Assembly: GCF_036971445.1 (NCBI RefSeq) | Contig: NC_091470.1 | Coordinates: 298,406,001 to 298,470,000, forward strand | Source of the DNA: Narcine bancroftii | Lineage: Eukaryota | Length of the DNA stretch: 64,000 nt | Direction of reading: 5' to 3' | Shown: piece by piece, positions 49,481 through 62,024 of the stretch | How the letters are laid out: every line of letters begins with the position of its first letter | Numbering within the stretch: the first letter of the stretch is position 1 | Notes under the pieces: model-generated | Databases searched by the model: none | What the model was told of the DNA's origin: nothing | The model's input: the letters and a program-made list of their open reading frames with translations, nothing else | Made by a program: the position numbers and the translations under genes

Positions 49481-51319
49481 TACTTTGTTGAGATTTTTTT
49501 TTTGCCTGAATATTATTTTGCAATGAAGCTTATGCACTGGTTTATATGAACCAGAGCTAGCTTTCCTTTAATACAGGCTGGCCAAATCTATTAAATGAAT
49601 ACCTGATTTTAAGAAATTCCCCCCAAAAAAATGTTTACATTGGGCACACCAGGGTACATGTGTACATGGGAAACCTATATGGGAGGAGGGTGCACGAAAT
49701 GTTTGGGCTTCATCAATCAACAAAACACAAATATGCATAATATTTTTCATGATGATCATGTCCCCACTGAGAATTGTGCACAAGGGTTAAATTCTATATT
49801 TACACAGGACTTCCTCTTTCTGCATGTTCAAAAACAAACAATAATAGTTCCGACAAGACCTTTAATATGCAATTATTTTCCATCAATCAAGAACAATCAA
49901 TTGATCCTCAAGAAATTCACATTTTAAATAATGAACAATAGGAGAATTTTAAGTAGACAGTTTAGAAAAAGACACAATGGAAAAGAGGCTTGGATACCAA
50001 TTTCCAAACCAACATTAAAGTGGCAATGGATGAAAACAGCTGGCTAAGAGAATTAAAGGAAAGAAAAGCACAACCACAGTATTTTTCTAGACCAGAATGG
50101 TGCTCCCAGATCATTGCTGTTTATCTTAAAGCCCTGGAATTTGCAAAACAGCATACTCGATGGTTTCAGGTGTAGTTGGAGAAAGTGGAAGAGGATATCA
50201 ACAGATTTCAGGACACAGATGAGTGAAATAGGCTAATAGATGCCTATTAAATTTTAACAAGTTGCTCTTTTACAAAAAAATAAACTGAATGGTACAATTT
50301 CCGAAGGTCACAAGACAGCATGGGATTAAATCCACAAGAAGATGTCATGACAAGCAGGGAAAAACTTTAAAAGCTATGCAGGATTTAGTAAGGCACAATG
50401 TTATAAAGACAGGGGGCTTTAATTTTCTATGAAGTACTCATTTGACCACAATGAGACTATTTCAAGCAACCTTTAAGTTGTACACTTTAGAAAGAAAACT
50501 AGATCTGAGAGAGAAATATAGGAACATTTGAAGAAAATGCAGTAAAACTTAGATAATTGGGTAACCAGGAGACCTTGGCAGAGGCAGACTATTAGATGTT
50601 ACTCCTAATACACCACAGCATAAGATCCTTTTACTTTTGAAAAAACATATTACCCAGTAGTGCAGTACACTTTCCAGTAAACCCAGCAACTTTCTTCTTT
50701 TTCAATTTTTTAAATTGATTTCTACAATAATAGTACACAAATAGTAGTCATAAATCAAAAGTAATATATAAGAGGGAATGTACAAAAGGAATCCTTATAC
50801 AAGAAAAAACTATTATATATAAACTAGATAATAGTAAAATTTGGCAAATTGAAAAAAAGATATTAAAAAACTAAATACTATACTACAAATTCCACCCCCT
50901 TCCCTTCCGAAGATATATGGTAAGTACATATAATTTCACTACCATTAAAAGAAAACAAACTCACAAGAGCTAAGTGATCTTATAGATTACAAAAATACTT
51001 AATAAAAGGACCCCATAAATTTTAAAACTGTTACATTAGAAGAGCATCTGATTTCTGCCCCCCCCACCCAAAGTTAGACATACCATATCAGATAGCTATT
51101 GAGTATGAGTAGGAGGGACAGCATCTTTCCATCTCATCAGTATTAATCGACTAGCAATAAGGGAAGCAAATGAAACTACATGGGATTAAGACAGAGTTAA
51201 ATTCAAATTAATAGCTTTAATTGATCCAAAAAGAGCAATTAAAGGATTAGGTATCAGATTCACATTGAGAACTAAAGATAAGGTATGAAAGAACTCTTCC
51301 CAAAATGTGGAAAGAATAA

Positions 51320-54045
51320 ATATTCCATATTTATTTCTCAATTGTTCAAAAGATATCAATTGGCCTTGTTCATAACAATCTTCAAAATTTTTAATACCCT
51401 TAACAAATCAAATTATTAAAAATTGTAATCCTTTGAAAAAGGTACAAGTTGGTTTTGAATTAAAGACAAATTAGGCAATATTCTCCCTTTTATTCCAATT
51501 TTGTAATTTATCTTTTTCCCCCAACAGTATTCAAATGTTTCAGCTATGGTGTCTCTTTAACCCCAATTAATAATTTTGAAATTCATTTATACATAAATTC
51601 CTCTGCCAACCCCTCTTCTATTTTATCTAACTAATTTTAACTCATGCCAGCTTTTATACTTCTCCAAATGAGAGGCAAGAAATTTATTTGAGCCGCTTGG
51701 TAACAATTCTTAAAGTTAGGAAGCTGCAGGCCTCCCAATTCATATTTCCATGTTCATCTTTCTAAAGAGACTCTTGGCATTTTATCTTTCCAAAGAAATT
51801 TCCTTACATGTATATTTAATTCTTGAAAAAATATTTGTGGCAGTAGTATAGGTAAGGTTTGAAAGAGATATTGAATTCTTGGGAATATATTCATCTTTAT
51901 ACGATGGTAGTCATCCATTTTTTAAAAATCTTCAATTTTTTTGAGTAATGGCAAATGATTCAATTAATATAAATGATTAAAATTGTCTACACAAATCCCT
52001 AAATTGAGTATTTATTTGACAATAACTATAATCTCCTTCTGTGAGAGGCATAATTTCACTTTTGTCCCAATTTATTTTATAGCCAGAGATTTTACCATAT
52101 TCTTCTAAGTTAATGTGTAGTTTCCTTAAGGAAGTCTTAGGTTCTGTTGGGTAAAACACCATCAGCAAATAATTTTATGCTCTTGTTGACCAAACTTAAA
52201 TCTCTTAGTTTCCAAGTCGCTTCTAATAATTCAGTAAATGACTCTACTTAGCATAAACAAAACTGGAGATAAAGAGCATTCTTGCTTACTTGATCTCATC
52301 AGTTGAAATATGGGAGATATCTGCCCATTAGTTACTACTTTAGCTCTAGAATCATTATATAATGCCTTAATCCAATTTATAAAATCCAAATTTAACCAGA
52401 ACTTTAAATAAATAGTCCCATTCCAATCTGTCAAAGGCTTTTTCTGCATCTAAAGCCACAGCAACACTTAAGTGTTTTCTTTTTTGTGCTAAATGTATAA
52501 TGCTAAGTAGTCTGGCCACATTGTTTGCTGATTATCTCTTTTTTTAAAAAAAGCATGTCTGATCCATATTTATTAATTTAGGCAGTAATTTAGTCATCCT
52601 ATTTTCCAATATTTAGCAAGTATCTTGTAATCTGCATTTAATAATGAAATAAGTCTGTATGATGAGGGTTTCAAAGGATCTCAATTTTTTTGGTATCATA
52701 GTAATTGTTGCTTTTGAAAATGATTCTGGAAATCTATGCATTCTTTATGCTTTATCAAGTATTTCCATAAAAATAGGAATTAATAAATCTTTAAATTCAT
52801 TATAAAATTCAGGTGGAAAACCATCTTCTCCCAACGCCTGATTACACTGTAAAGAACTAATTGCCTCCTTCACTTCTAATTGTGTAAAATTAATTATCCT
52901 TGTTCTCCTGTGCTCAATCTAGGTAAATGTATCAGGATAAATATTTATTTTATTCTCATCTTTTAAAGTCCCTGACCTATTTAGTTTAGAGTACAATTTC
53001 TTAAACAATTCATTTATTTCTTGAGATTTGTAGCTAACAACATTAAAATCATTTTAATTATATTAACTGTTCTTGATACTTGCTCTGCTTTAAATTGCCA
53101 TGTGATCTTTCACCTAACTCATACTTCTGATTAGTTCATGTAATCAGCTTTTCTGTTCTTTAAGTTGTACTGTATTATATTGAAGTTTTTTGTTAATTAG
53201 TTTCTATGTTTATCCTCAGAGTTCCTCTTTTGTAGATCTTTTTACAAAACCGATATTTCTTGTCCTAATCAATCTACCTCTTTCATATACTCCTTGATTT
53301 TAGAAGTAATTTACTTGTAATTTGATTTTTAGAATGCTTTCAGAGCATCCCATATTATAAATTTATCATTCAGAGTTCAAATTTATATCACAAAATAGCT
53401 GTATTTGTTCTCTAATGAAATCCTGGAAATCTGGTCTTTTTAATAGTAATGAATTCAATCTCCATCTATGAACATTTCTCTTTTTGGCATTACAATAGTA
53501 ATGAATAAAGGTAAATAATCAGACAAAATTTTCACTTGAAGTTCTGCATCTAATATCCTGCCTTTTAAATGTGACGTTAGAAATAAATCAATTCTGGAAT
53601 AGAAATCATGGCTATTTGAATAAAAAGAATAATCTCTTTCTCTAGGATGAATTCTTCTCCAAGCATCTATTAGGTTCAAGTCTCTCATTAATACCAATGT
53701 GGCCTTTGCTGCTTTAACTCTTGATATTCCTCTAGTAGTTCTGTCTAAGATGGGATCCAAACAGAAATTAAAGTCTCCTGTTAAAATATTCTCATGTACC
53801 TCTATTAGGTTCAAAAACATTTCCTGTATAAATTTTTCATCATTCATTTTTGGTGCATAAAGATTTAGAAGAGCCTATAATTCTGAATCTATTTGACAAT
53901 GTACCATCACATATCTCCCTATAGGATCTATAGCTACATTTTATATTTTAATTGGAAGATTTTTTTCTCTCCAAAATTACCACTCCTCTTGCTTTAGAAT
54001 TAAACAATGAAGCTGCCACATAGACATCCTGTCTCTTTTTAAGTA
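51320..54045 (-). mobile_element. L1 ORF2 fragment of a different family (closer to family B)
   Basis: GDFNFCLDPILDR..IDAWRRIHP..YSRIDLFL..LSD; LDAEKAFDR; ISGYKINWDKSEI. Confidence 0.88.
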
Positions 54046-54049
54046 CACA

Positions 54050-54550
54050 AGGCCATGAACAGACAAGTGAGCACTGGAGAGTGACTCATAGACTCTCCAG
54101 CCGGATGGCATTAACATAATTCCAAGTCACTCTCCAGTGCTCAAATGTCTGACCATGGCCTTTTGTCCTATTCCACCCATTCTAACTGCAAACTGAAAGA
54201 GCAAGACCCCATTGTCCTTCTAGGCACCCTCATCCAGATGGCATTGACATTTCTGCTTTCTACTAAACATGCTTGCCTTTTCTTTTTCCCTTCCTTCCCC
54301 CTCACCCTCCCAGCCATCCCTCCTCCCCCTCAATCTTTCATCTCCCGCCTTTGCCACCCCTCCCCACACTCTATTGTACAGATGCTTGCCAACATTTTCT
54401 CATATGTGGATGGTCTCAAAGCCCAAAATGCCAGTTATGTATCTTCACTTTTGCTACATAAAGGACACTGTTTGACCTGCTGAGCTTCTCCAGCATTTTG
54501 TGTTTTTTTTATAACTTCAACCACAGTGTCTACAGAATTTTGTGTTCTAC
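54050..54550 (+). mobile_element. Penelope 3' end and pseudo-LTR
   Basis: KLKEQDPIVLLGTL.PDGI motif, C-rich tract and pLTR arm; 19-bp inverted repeat at 54068-54086 / 54125-54143. Confidence 0.7.
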
Positions 54551-54865
54551 ATTTGCATATAAAGAAACCTTATGAACACTTCCCCCCTTAAGACTCCAAA
54601 AATGTCATTAGATTACCGAAAGGCCACAACTAATGGTTCTAACTATGCCAAATTAATAATAACGGGCTAAAAGGATAACCTTGCCTAGTTTCACAGTAAA
54701 GATCAAAAAATTTGGATTTTAAAGAGTTGGTAAAGATTGAGGCAACAGTAAATAAATTTATCAATTTAATCCAATTGATAAATTTAAAGCAAAAGTTAAA
54801 TGTTTCTAGCACTTTACATAAATAGTCCCATTCTTACATAACAAAGGCTTTTTCACCATCTAAGA

Positions 54866-55583
54866 CACACATGTCAAACTCAGGATCGCGGGCCAAATTT
54901 GGCCCGTGATATAATTATATTTGGCCCGCAAGATCATATCAAATATGTATTAGAGCTGGCGCACTGGCCGCCGCGCCAGTATAGCGCATGCACAGCTAAT
55001 ACTACAAATCCCAGAATGCTTTGCAAATGTATTGGCGCTGGCCCGTCAGCCCGCTAATTGCCCCCACCTCCTCTGTTTACTTTCATTAGCATCTGTGACC
55101 TGTTGCCTAACTCACATGTAATAAAAGACAGAAAACAGGACCTTTCAAGACAGGTGGGAGGCAGATTATATGTTCATCATTTTAAAAGACAAACCTGTTT
55201 GTGTTATGTGTAGAGCCAGCGTGTCTGTAGTTAAAGAATATAACATACGACGACACTATGAAACGAAACACCAGGACAGGTATAACAATCTGAACGAGAA
55301 GCAAAAGCTCCAGAAGGTGGAGGAGATGAAAAGAAGTCTAGCTTTACAGCAAACTTTATTTTATATTTTATTTCTCATTTGTTAATGCTTCTTCTGGAAA
55401 GAATTTAACCAAAACTATTATTAAACATTTATTTTAATAAGAAAAAGTTTAACATTACATATGTTGAAAGAAGAGAAAACATGTAGATGTTGTTGAAAAT
55501 TTTCAATAAATATTTAGTTTGGCCCACGACTTAGTCCAAGTTTTTAATTTTGGCCCTCTGTGAATTTGAGTTTGACACCACTG
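54866..55583 (+). mobile_element. hAT DNA transposon deletion derivative (GTF2IRD2/Charlie-like transposase N-terminus)
   Basis: Perfect 8-bp TSD atctaaga; TIRs cacacatgtcaaactc / gagtttgacaccactg; BED-type finger KPVCVMC..KEYNIRRHYETKH (55170-55385). Confidence 0.95.
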
Positions 55584-55657
55584 ATCTAAGAGATGACACG
55601 CTCAGAAGATGACACAGAAGGAGTAAAAAAATAATTAATAAGCGACAGATATTAAAT

Positions 55658-55874
55658 TGTATTGAATGTTTTTATGTAGAATGTAGTTGCTCACTGTTAG
55701 CTGGTATGGAGGACTGGTGTTGTAGGCTGACTAGGGGACAGTAGCCTCCTTGCTTGCATACAAGTGTTCCTGTCCACTGCTCTCAGCTCAAGATGTAGAT
55801 GGCTAACACTTGCTAATAAAAGCCTCTGTTATTCACACAACTCCTGTCTCGTGAGTTATTGATTGTGGTTCACA
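55658..55874 (+). mobile_element. Short solo LTR
   Basis: tgt..aca termini, internal gctaataaaagc poly(A) context like the 6182 LTR; interrupts L1 RT. Confidence 0.65.
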
Positions 55875-56086
55875 ACCCTTAATAATCTGTTTGATCTTCA
55901 GAAATAATAAGAGGCATAATGTTCCAACCTACGGGCCAATATTTTGGACAAAATCTTAGCATCGGTATTCAAAAGAGAGATTGGCCTATAAGAGGAACAG
56001 CCAGATAAATCCTCATTATTTTTGGGAATGTGAAATTGAGGCTTCATAAAAGGTAGCAGGTAATTTCCCAACAACAAAAGATCCAG

Positions 56087-57090
56087 TGTGACAGAGTACA
56101 TAGATATGTTTTTGGGAGATAAATTGGGAAAGGTTTGGTAGTGTAGGTCACCTAGAAACACTTTAAAACAGATCTTATTTAAAATACTGGAGCTCTGCTA
56201 ATGCTAGACATATTGGCCCCAAAGCCTTTGTAAGAACTTTGGAGAGTGCCCAAGAGACTTCACTAATGGATTGTTGTTTACAAAAAAAGGGAACAGCCGC
56301 ATTCTATCTGGAAAGGAACTTGCTGTTCTGAGAAGGTCATGTGCTTTTGCAAGCAGAGAGAGTCAAATAGGCTTTCATCTGTGTGTAAGATAGAGAGACA
56401 CACAGAGATCAGATCTACAGTGTTACAGATAATAACAGCAGCTGGGACTGGAACAGGGCAAGCTTGTGGAAAACCCCATTTGGAAGACGGGTTGTGAGTT
56501 CTTAGATCAGCCTGGTCAAAGCCCTTGTGGTTCATGCAAGATGAGATGACTGGATGCCTAATGTTTCACTTGGAATCAGAGAAACAAAGAAGCACTCTGT
56601 GGTGATCTGAAAGAAAAGGTTATCATCTGGAGAACCCTGAGGGGGCAAGTTTCATCAGCAAGACAATGAAGTGGCTAATGGAAGTAAATCAGTTGAGGTT
56701 GTCCTGGAACAACAAATCTCTCTCTCTAAACTGTCAAGAACCTTTCTGAGCAGTAACCATTTACCTTTCAAGCACCAAAGCCTGGTGAACTTTATAAATG
56801 TTAAATTCTGTGCACAGTATAAGAATTGCCTGCAACCAGTGAACTTGGAGGAATGAGAACTGAGATTGGACTGTGAATCAAATAACTTTTCTGAACTTAC
56901 ACATACATTATATACATGTGCGCTTAGAATTAGAAGGGGATTAAGTTAGGTTAGTTAAGTCAACTAGTTAAGTCAACAGTGCTAAGTTAAAGTGTGACTC
57001 TGTTTTCATGTTTAAAGATAATTAAAAAGAACTTTTGTCTTGGTGAATATCTATTGCTGATGAGTTTTGGGGTCCTCTGGGCTCATAACA
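56087..57090 (+). mobile_element. Solo LTR (~1-kb family)
   Basis: Homologous to 28000-29017; tgtgac..cataaca termini. Confidence 0.88.
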
Positions 57091-57357
57091 TTAAAAAAAA
57101 ACAACAAATCTATGTAGGGTACCAATGATGCAAAAATGTTTTATTAAGTTCAGCTGGAAGATCATCAGGGCCGGGAACTTTGCTGCATTTTAAAGAGTTA
57201 ATTACTGCAACAATCTCCTCAGGGGAGTCTGGGTTTTCCAACAGTTACCGGTCTTCTAAAAAAAGGAAATGTCTTCATAAAAATTGATTCATTAGGAGAT
57301 TTGGATTGATAAAGGTTAGAATAAAACTGACAAAATCCTTCATTTATCTCTACATGG

Positions 57358-57717
57358 TGTTAGGTCTGCTTTGTTCGAGAATGAGTGAGTCAGACACCAG
57401 ACTGAGTCGAAATCAAGGTTCTTTATTACCGGATTGTAATACTTGCAACTAACAGTGTTAGTTGGAGAAGGCGCATTCTAACGATATCAGCAAGTGGTGT
57501 TTTTTTTATACCCCAGGATACGCACTTAGTATATTATCATACCATTACATTGTCCAATGAATAAGCTGTTGCTACCCTTCTCTGTTAGTCTGCTGCACAT
57601 CATTCTTGTTATTGCCATACTTATCTTGAGCATACAAGGTCACACCTGCATCCTGTTACTCCTTAGTACTGGGTAACTCCTTCTCCGGTCCCAACTCATG
57701 ATGTTTTTAACCTTACA
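57358..57717 (-). mobile_element. Solo LTR (~360 bp)
   Basis: Termini tgttagg..ccttaca, minus-strand AATAAA near 57425, and tacatgg duplicated on both flanks. Confidence 0.75.
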
Positions 57718-59389
57718 ATTACATGGTCAGTACTAATAACCCCATTATCTTGACAAATTTCTGAAATAAGAGCAGTGTAACCTTTTAATTGACTAGCTAG
57801 AAGCTTTCCTGCTTTATCACCATGAATATAAAATTTAGATTTCCTCTGTAAAATTGAGTCTGAATAGGATAAGCAAGAAGTAAGTCATATCTAGTTTTCA
57901 GTTAAACTTTTTTTTATATACAAAGCTCAGGCTTCAAAGTTGCAGTTGGTCCATACACTTCAGTTGATTGGCCAATTCATCTCTCTTCAAATTGGCTCTC
58001 TTTCTGACATTAGCCATAAATGAAATAATTTGACCTCTATTACCAAACCAGAAAACTCATAGGAGGAATTTTTTTCTAAGACAGCAATTTGACTTTTTAT
58101 AAATTCCAAAAAAAAAAATCAGAATCTGACTATCAAATAGGATTCAAAAGTCATTGTTCTAGATAAATCCTGAAAATTAAATGATAATAGCACTGGAGTG
58201 TGGTCAGAAATTAATGTGCTCTCATATTTACAAGAATCAATAAGTGGAATTAATTGTTTATCTGCAAGGAGGTAATCAATCCGGGAATATGCATGATGCA
58301 CCGGAGGAAAAAGAAAGTATTCCTTATCAGTAGGATGAAAAAAATCCCCAACTAACTATAATGCCACATTGTAACATGAATGAGTTGATGAATATGGCAG
58401 ACTTGTTTAATGTGACAATTTAAGGAGACGAGCGGTCAAGTACAGGATTTAACCAACAGTTCAGGCCACCTCCTATAATCAAAAAATATAAATTGAAATC
58501 TGGTTTAAAAAAAGAAAAAAGCTGTTAAAAAAAGTTTGGATATTCTATATTAGGGCCATAAACATTATAGTAAATTGATTATTTTTGATAAAGTTTACCA
58601 GATAGAATCAAATAGCATCCATGAGGATCAGCAACAATGTTATGCTTAATGAATGATATAGACTGGTCTAGACTTAGTGATAGACACTGAATGAAAGTGC
58701 TGTCCCTTCCAAGACCCTAGAAAATGAGAGGCATCAGGTAGACAAAAATGAGTCTCTTAAAAAATAAAATCCCTGGTTTAAATTTTTAAATATCTTGCAT
58801 CACTTTATAGGATGATTTAAACCACGAACATGCCAACTGATCATCTTAATTAATTTAGCCATCTGAACAATTAAAATCCAATATTACAGAAAAAAAGCAG
58901 AATTGGGAACAATATAATTAATTAGCAATAAAATTATAAACATTCTGAAAATGCCAAATCAGCCATATCTTTGAGAAACCCAAACAACTTCACATGGGAA
59001 ACCCAATCTCAAACTACAATCGCCTCCCACCAACTACCTATCCCAAGCTGTCCCTGAGAACAGCAAGTTCACAAGAAAAGCCCACATCTCTCTGCTGGCA
59101 GCATTCCTAATCAGTTGAAAACTAAACCGTGCTTCCATAGAACACCAGACATATTTTGACTAGCAAGGAAGCAGCAAAGTCAAAGAAGAAAGCTGTATAC
59201 TTATAGCTATGTTACTGAAATTAAAATTATAAATCCAAACTAATGAATAATTGTTAATTCAGAAATAAGGGAAACAGAACATTAACAATCTTGTAAAAAG
59301 AATAAAATCTATTGAGAAGATCAAGAAGCAAAATAAATCTAAGTGGCCAGGTTAGTTAGGACTTCATTTTTCCAGGTGACCTCAGACAT

Positions 59390-59760
59390 TTCATTTGTTA
59401 TGACAACAAAATAGCTCAAGGAACAACACCTCATCCTGTGCCTGGGCATGCTGAACCCAGAAAGACTCACTGTTGAATTAGATAACTTGATCCTTTCTGT
59501 TTGTACCAGAACAGGCAATTTTTGGTTGACTCTTTTTTTTTGATCTATTTAGACCATTCAAATTTAGTGACATTATTATAGTTTATACATTAGCAACAAA
59601 GCTTAATCTGATTTAAATGACTCTTCAGCTGCTCCCCTCCACTGCTCTGTGACCTAGACTAACGATTCTCCATTTCTCAGTTCCAATGAATAATCCCAGA
59701 CCTGAAATATCAATTGTTCTCTTTTCATTGAAGATTTTGACTTGCATGTTTTTTTTCCAA
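59390..59760 (+). mobile_element. Penelope C-terminus and pLTR relic
   Basis: LKEQHLILCLGMLNPERLTVELDN, then a decayed hammerhead position (ttccaatgaataatcccagacctgaaatatc). Confidence 0.6.
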
Positions 59761-59900
59761 AAAAGCATGTTATGTTTTCATTGGATATAATGTGAGGGGA
59801 AAAAAGATGAGTTTGAAACTTATTGATATGAAATGCAAATCTGATTTTTTTTAAAGCATGTTATGTTTTTATTGGATATAATGTAGTGAGGGGCAAAAAT
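59748..59900. repeat. Local ~90-bp tandem duplication
   Basis: aaagcatgttatgtttt(c/t)attggatataatgt..gagggg occurs twice. Confidence 0.85.
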
Positions 59901-60014
59901 TGAAACATTGATAAGAATGGAAAATCTAATTCATTAGGCAATCCTTGTTTAATTTACAAAAAAAAACAGCTCAACCCTTTCATAGCTTCAAGCCTTCCCT
60001 TCAGAGATTTAATA

Positions 60015-60350
60015 AGTGATCTGCACTGATGATGCAGTGCAGCCCTGTGGGAGTACTTATCTACTGGAAGTGTCACTTCTTGGATGAAGTATTAAGCAAA
60101 GGATCAGCTTGTGAATGTAAAAGATCCACTGAGAGTAATAATTTATATATTTTTTGTCTCTTTCATTCCTCAATGTGAATAAAATTTTTGTCTCTTTCAT
60201 TCCTCAATGTCAACAAAAACAGAATATCAAGTCAATACCAATCTGGTATTTGAAGGAGCTTGCTTAGCAGAAGATGGCTGCAACATTCGCTAAAATAGTG
60301 ACTGGGCTTAAAAAAAATAATCACTTCATAAAGCATCCCATGCTCTCCCA
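60015..60350 (+). mobile_element. Deu-SINE (SacSINE1-like) relic with an internal 27-bp duplication
   Basis: Deu core ggatgaagtattaagc..gtgaatgtaaaagatccac..ggagcttgcttagcagaagatggctgc; tttttgtctctttcattcctcaatgt occurs twice. Confidence 0.6.
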
Positions 60351-62024
60351 CGATAATAAAAGGTACTTTAAAAAGTTTACTTTTATCTTTTCCTTAGAGC
60401 ACTCCTAATGGGACTCCTCAACAAAACTTTTGGTCATTTGTTTTACTATCCCTTCAATTATCCAAGCAGAATTACACTATTACAAAAAACATTTTACTTT
60501 CTTGAAGGTAATAAATAAATGGACCCTACTGTCATTTTCCCCTTTGCCAAGACACTCTTTCCCAAGAGAATTGCCTGTTTGGAAGAAACTATTATTGCTC
60601 CCCAAATCACTTGCATTTCGATTCAAAGTAACAGCATAAAAACCACTTAAAGGTTACTAGAGCTGTTCTGATCAGAATGCTAAAGTGATCAAAGATATGT
60701 CAGAGTTGTCAAAGTAACCTTTAAATGCATTCATTATAAACAAAACTTTTCACATAAACTGGCAGGAATGTAGCTGAGATGGTTTCAAGATGTGAATGGC
60801 ATACATTTTTGTCAGGCCTTCAATTCCCCAAAAAAGCTGATGCATTCTCACTTTGCTCTTGCTGGCAAGTTCCTCAGAGTTTAAAGAAGCCTGCGATCCC
60901 ACTTTAATTATAAAAAGCTTGAGAATAAAACAATCAACATTTGAAACCACTAACATGACTCTTTTGAAGGTGCTGTTCATAGATAACCTTATGTGCAGCA
61001 ATTAAAATACAAAAGTCAGGGGCTTCCCTGAATGTTGCCAATTTCCTGGACTTTAAAACTGCTCTGACACCTAGGTGCTCCTCTACATTAAAATAGGCAA
61101 CACTGCAAGATACCAATCAACTACTTTTGATGTGAAATTAATACCAACAATTGATTTTAAATTAGTTGCCATGCCAAAATGTCACCACTGAAAAGAGGTT
61201 ACATCTATTAGATAGGACTAAGAATTAGTGGCTAAGGTAACCGTGTTCCTCAGATGCCACTTTAGTTTAAAACAGATGAACTCCTGGTAAAGATTAAATA
61301 TATCAATTGTGGTATTCAGCTGCCTTAATCAAGTGTGCATAAGAACTTAGATGGCCAAAGTATGGGCTGAATCTCCACACCAAACCAATGGCATTTATGA
61401 TCAATGACCTATACTGGGCGAGAAAGAAGGATAGGGAGCTTTTAAAAAGCAGTGGCACAGTGAAAGTTATTCCAACAGATGTTTTCTTGTTCTCCACATT
61501 TCAGTATCTGCAACTTCTTGGGTCTTCAGTTTCACAAACAGCATTACTCGTACTATCTTTTTATTCCAGATTATTTAACTAACTGAGCTTTAATTTCCTC
61601 CATTGGTGGGATTTTACATTGTGCTTCCATATGGTGTCCTCTGGTTTCTTGATGGGTAGTCCTTGTGATTGAATGGAATGCTGAGATTTTAGATTGCTGA
61701 ATCTTTTCACATTCAGAGCCCTTGATTTTAGCCAGGCTGCGCTTTTTTGTTACAGCAAACTGACTGGCATTTTTTTGGGGGAAGATTGGGTTATTTGGCA
61801 ACATTGACCTGGTTTGTAACGGACTCTTTTTTCAATCTCAGCAGAGCAATATGTTCTCTCACTCCTACCATGACTTAAAGACGCCCCATCCTTCTTTCCA
61901 ACTCACTGCAAGCTACTGATCATAATTGAAATGAAGTTGGTGTGGGGATCATGCCCCTATTTTGGACAACTAAATCCAATATGGAAGCAAACAATACTGG
62001 CCAAAGCAATTAGATCAACAAAAC

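Larger units (their letters stand above)
50695..58870 (-). mobile_element. L1 family A element (3' end 50695-51320; body 54570-58870) carrying multiple nested insertions
   Basis: EN motifs (YSRIDY, ISDH), HGDKAGKLLA, YRPISLLNTDAKILSKILA; shares sequence with 15400-17345. Confidence 0.8.

Noticed and set aside
55170-55385. GTF2IRD2-like host gene exon
   Set aside because: Bounded by TIRs and an 8-bp TSD, so it is a transposon remnant rather than a domesticated gene.
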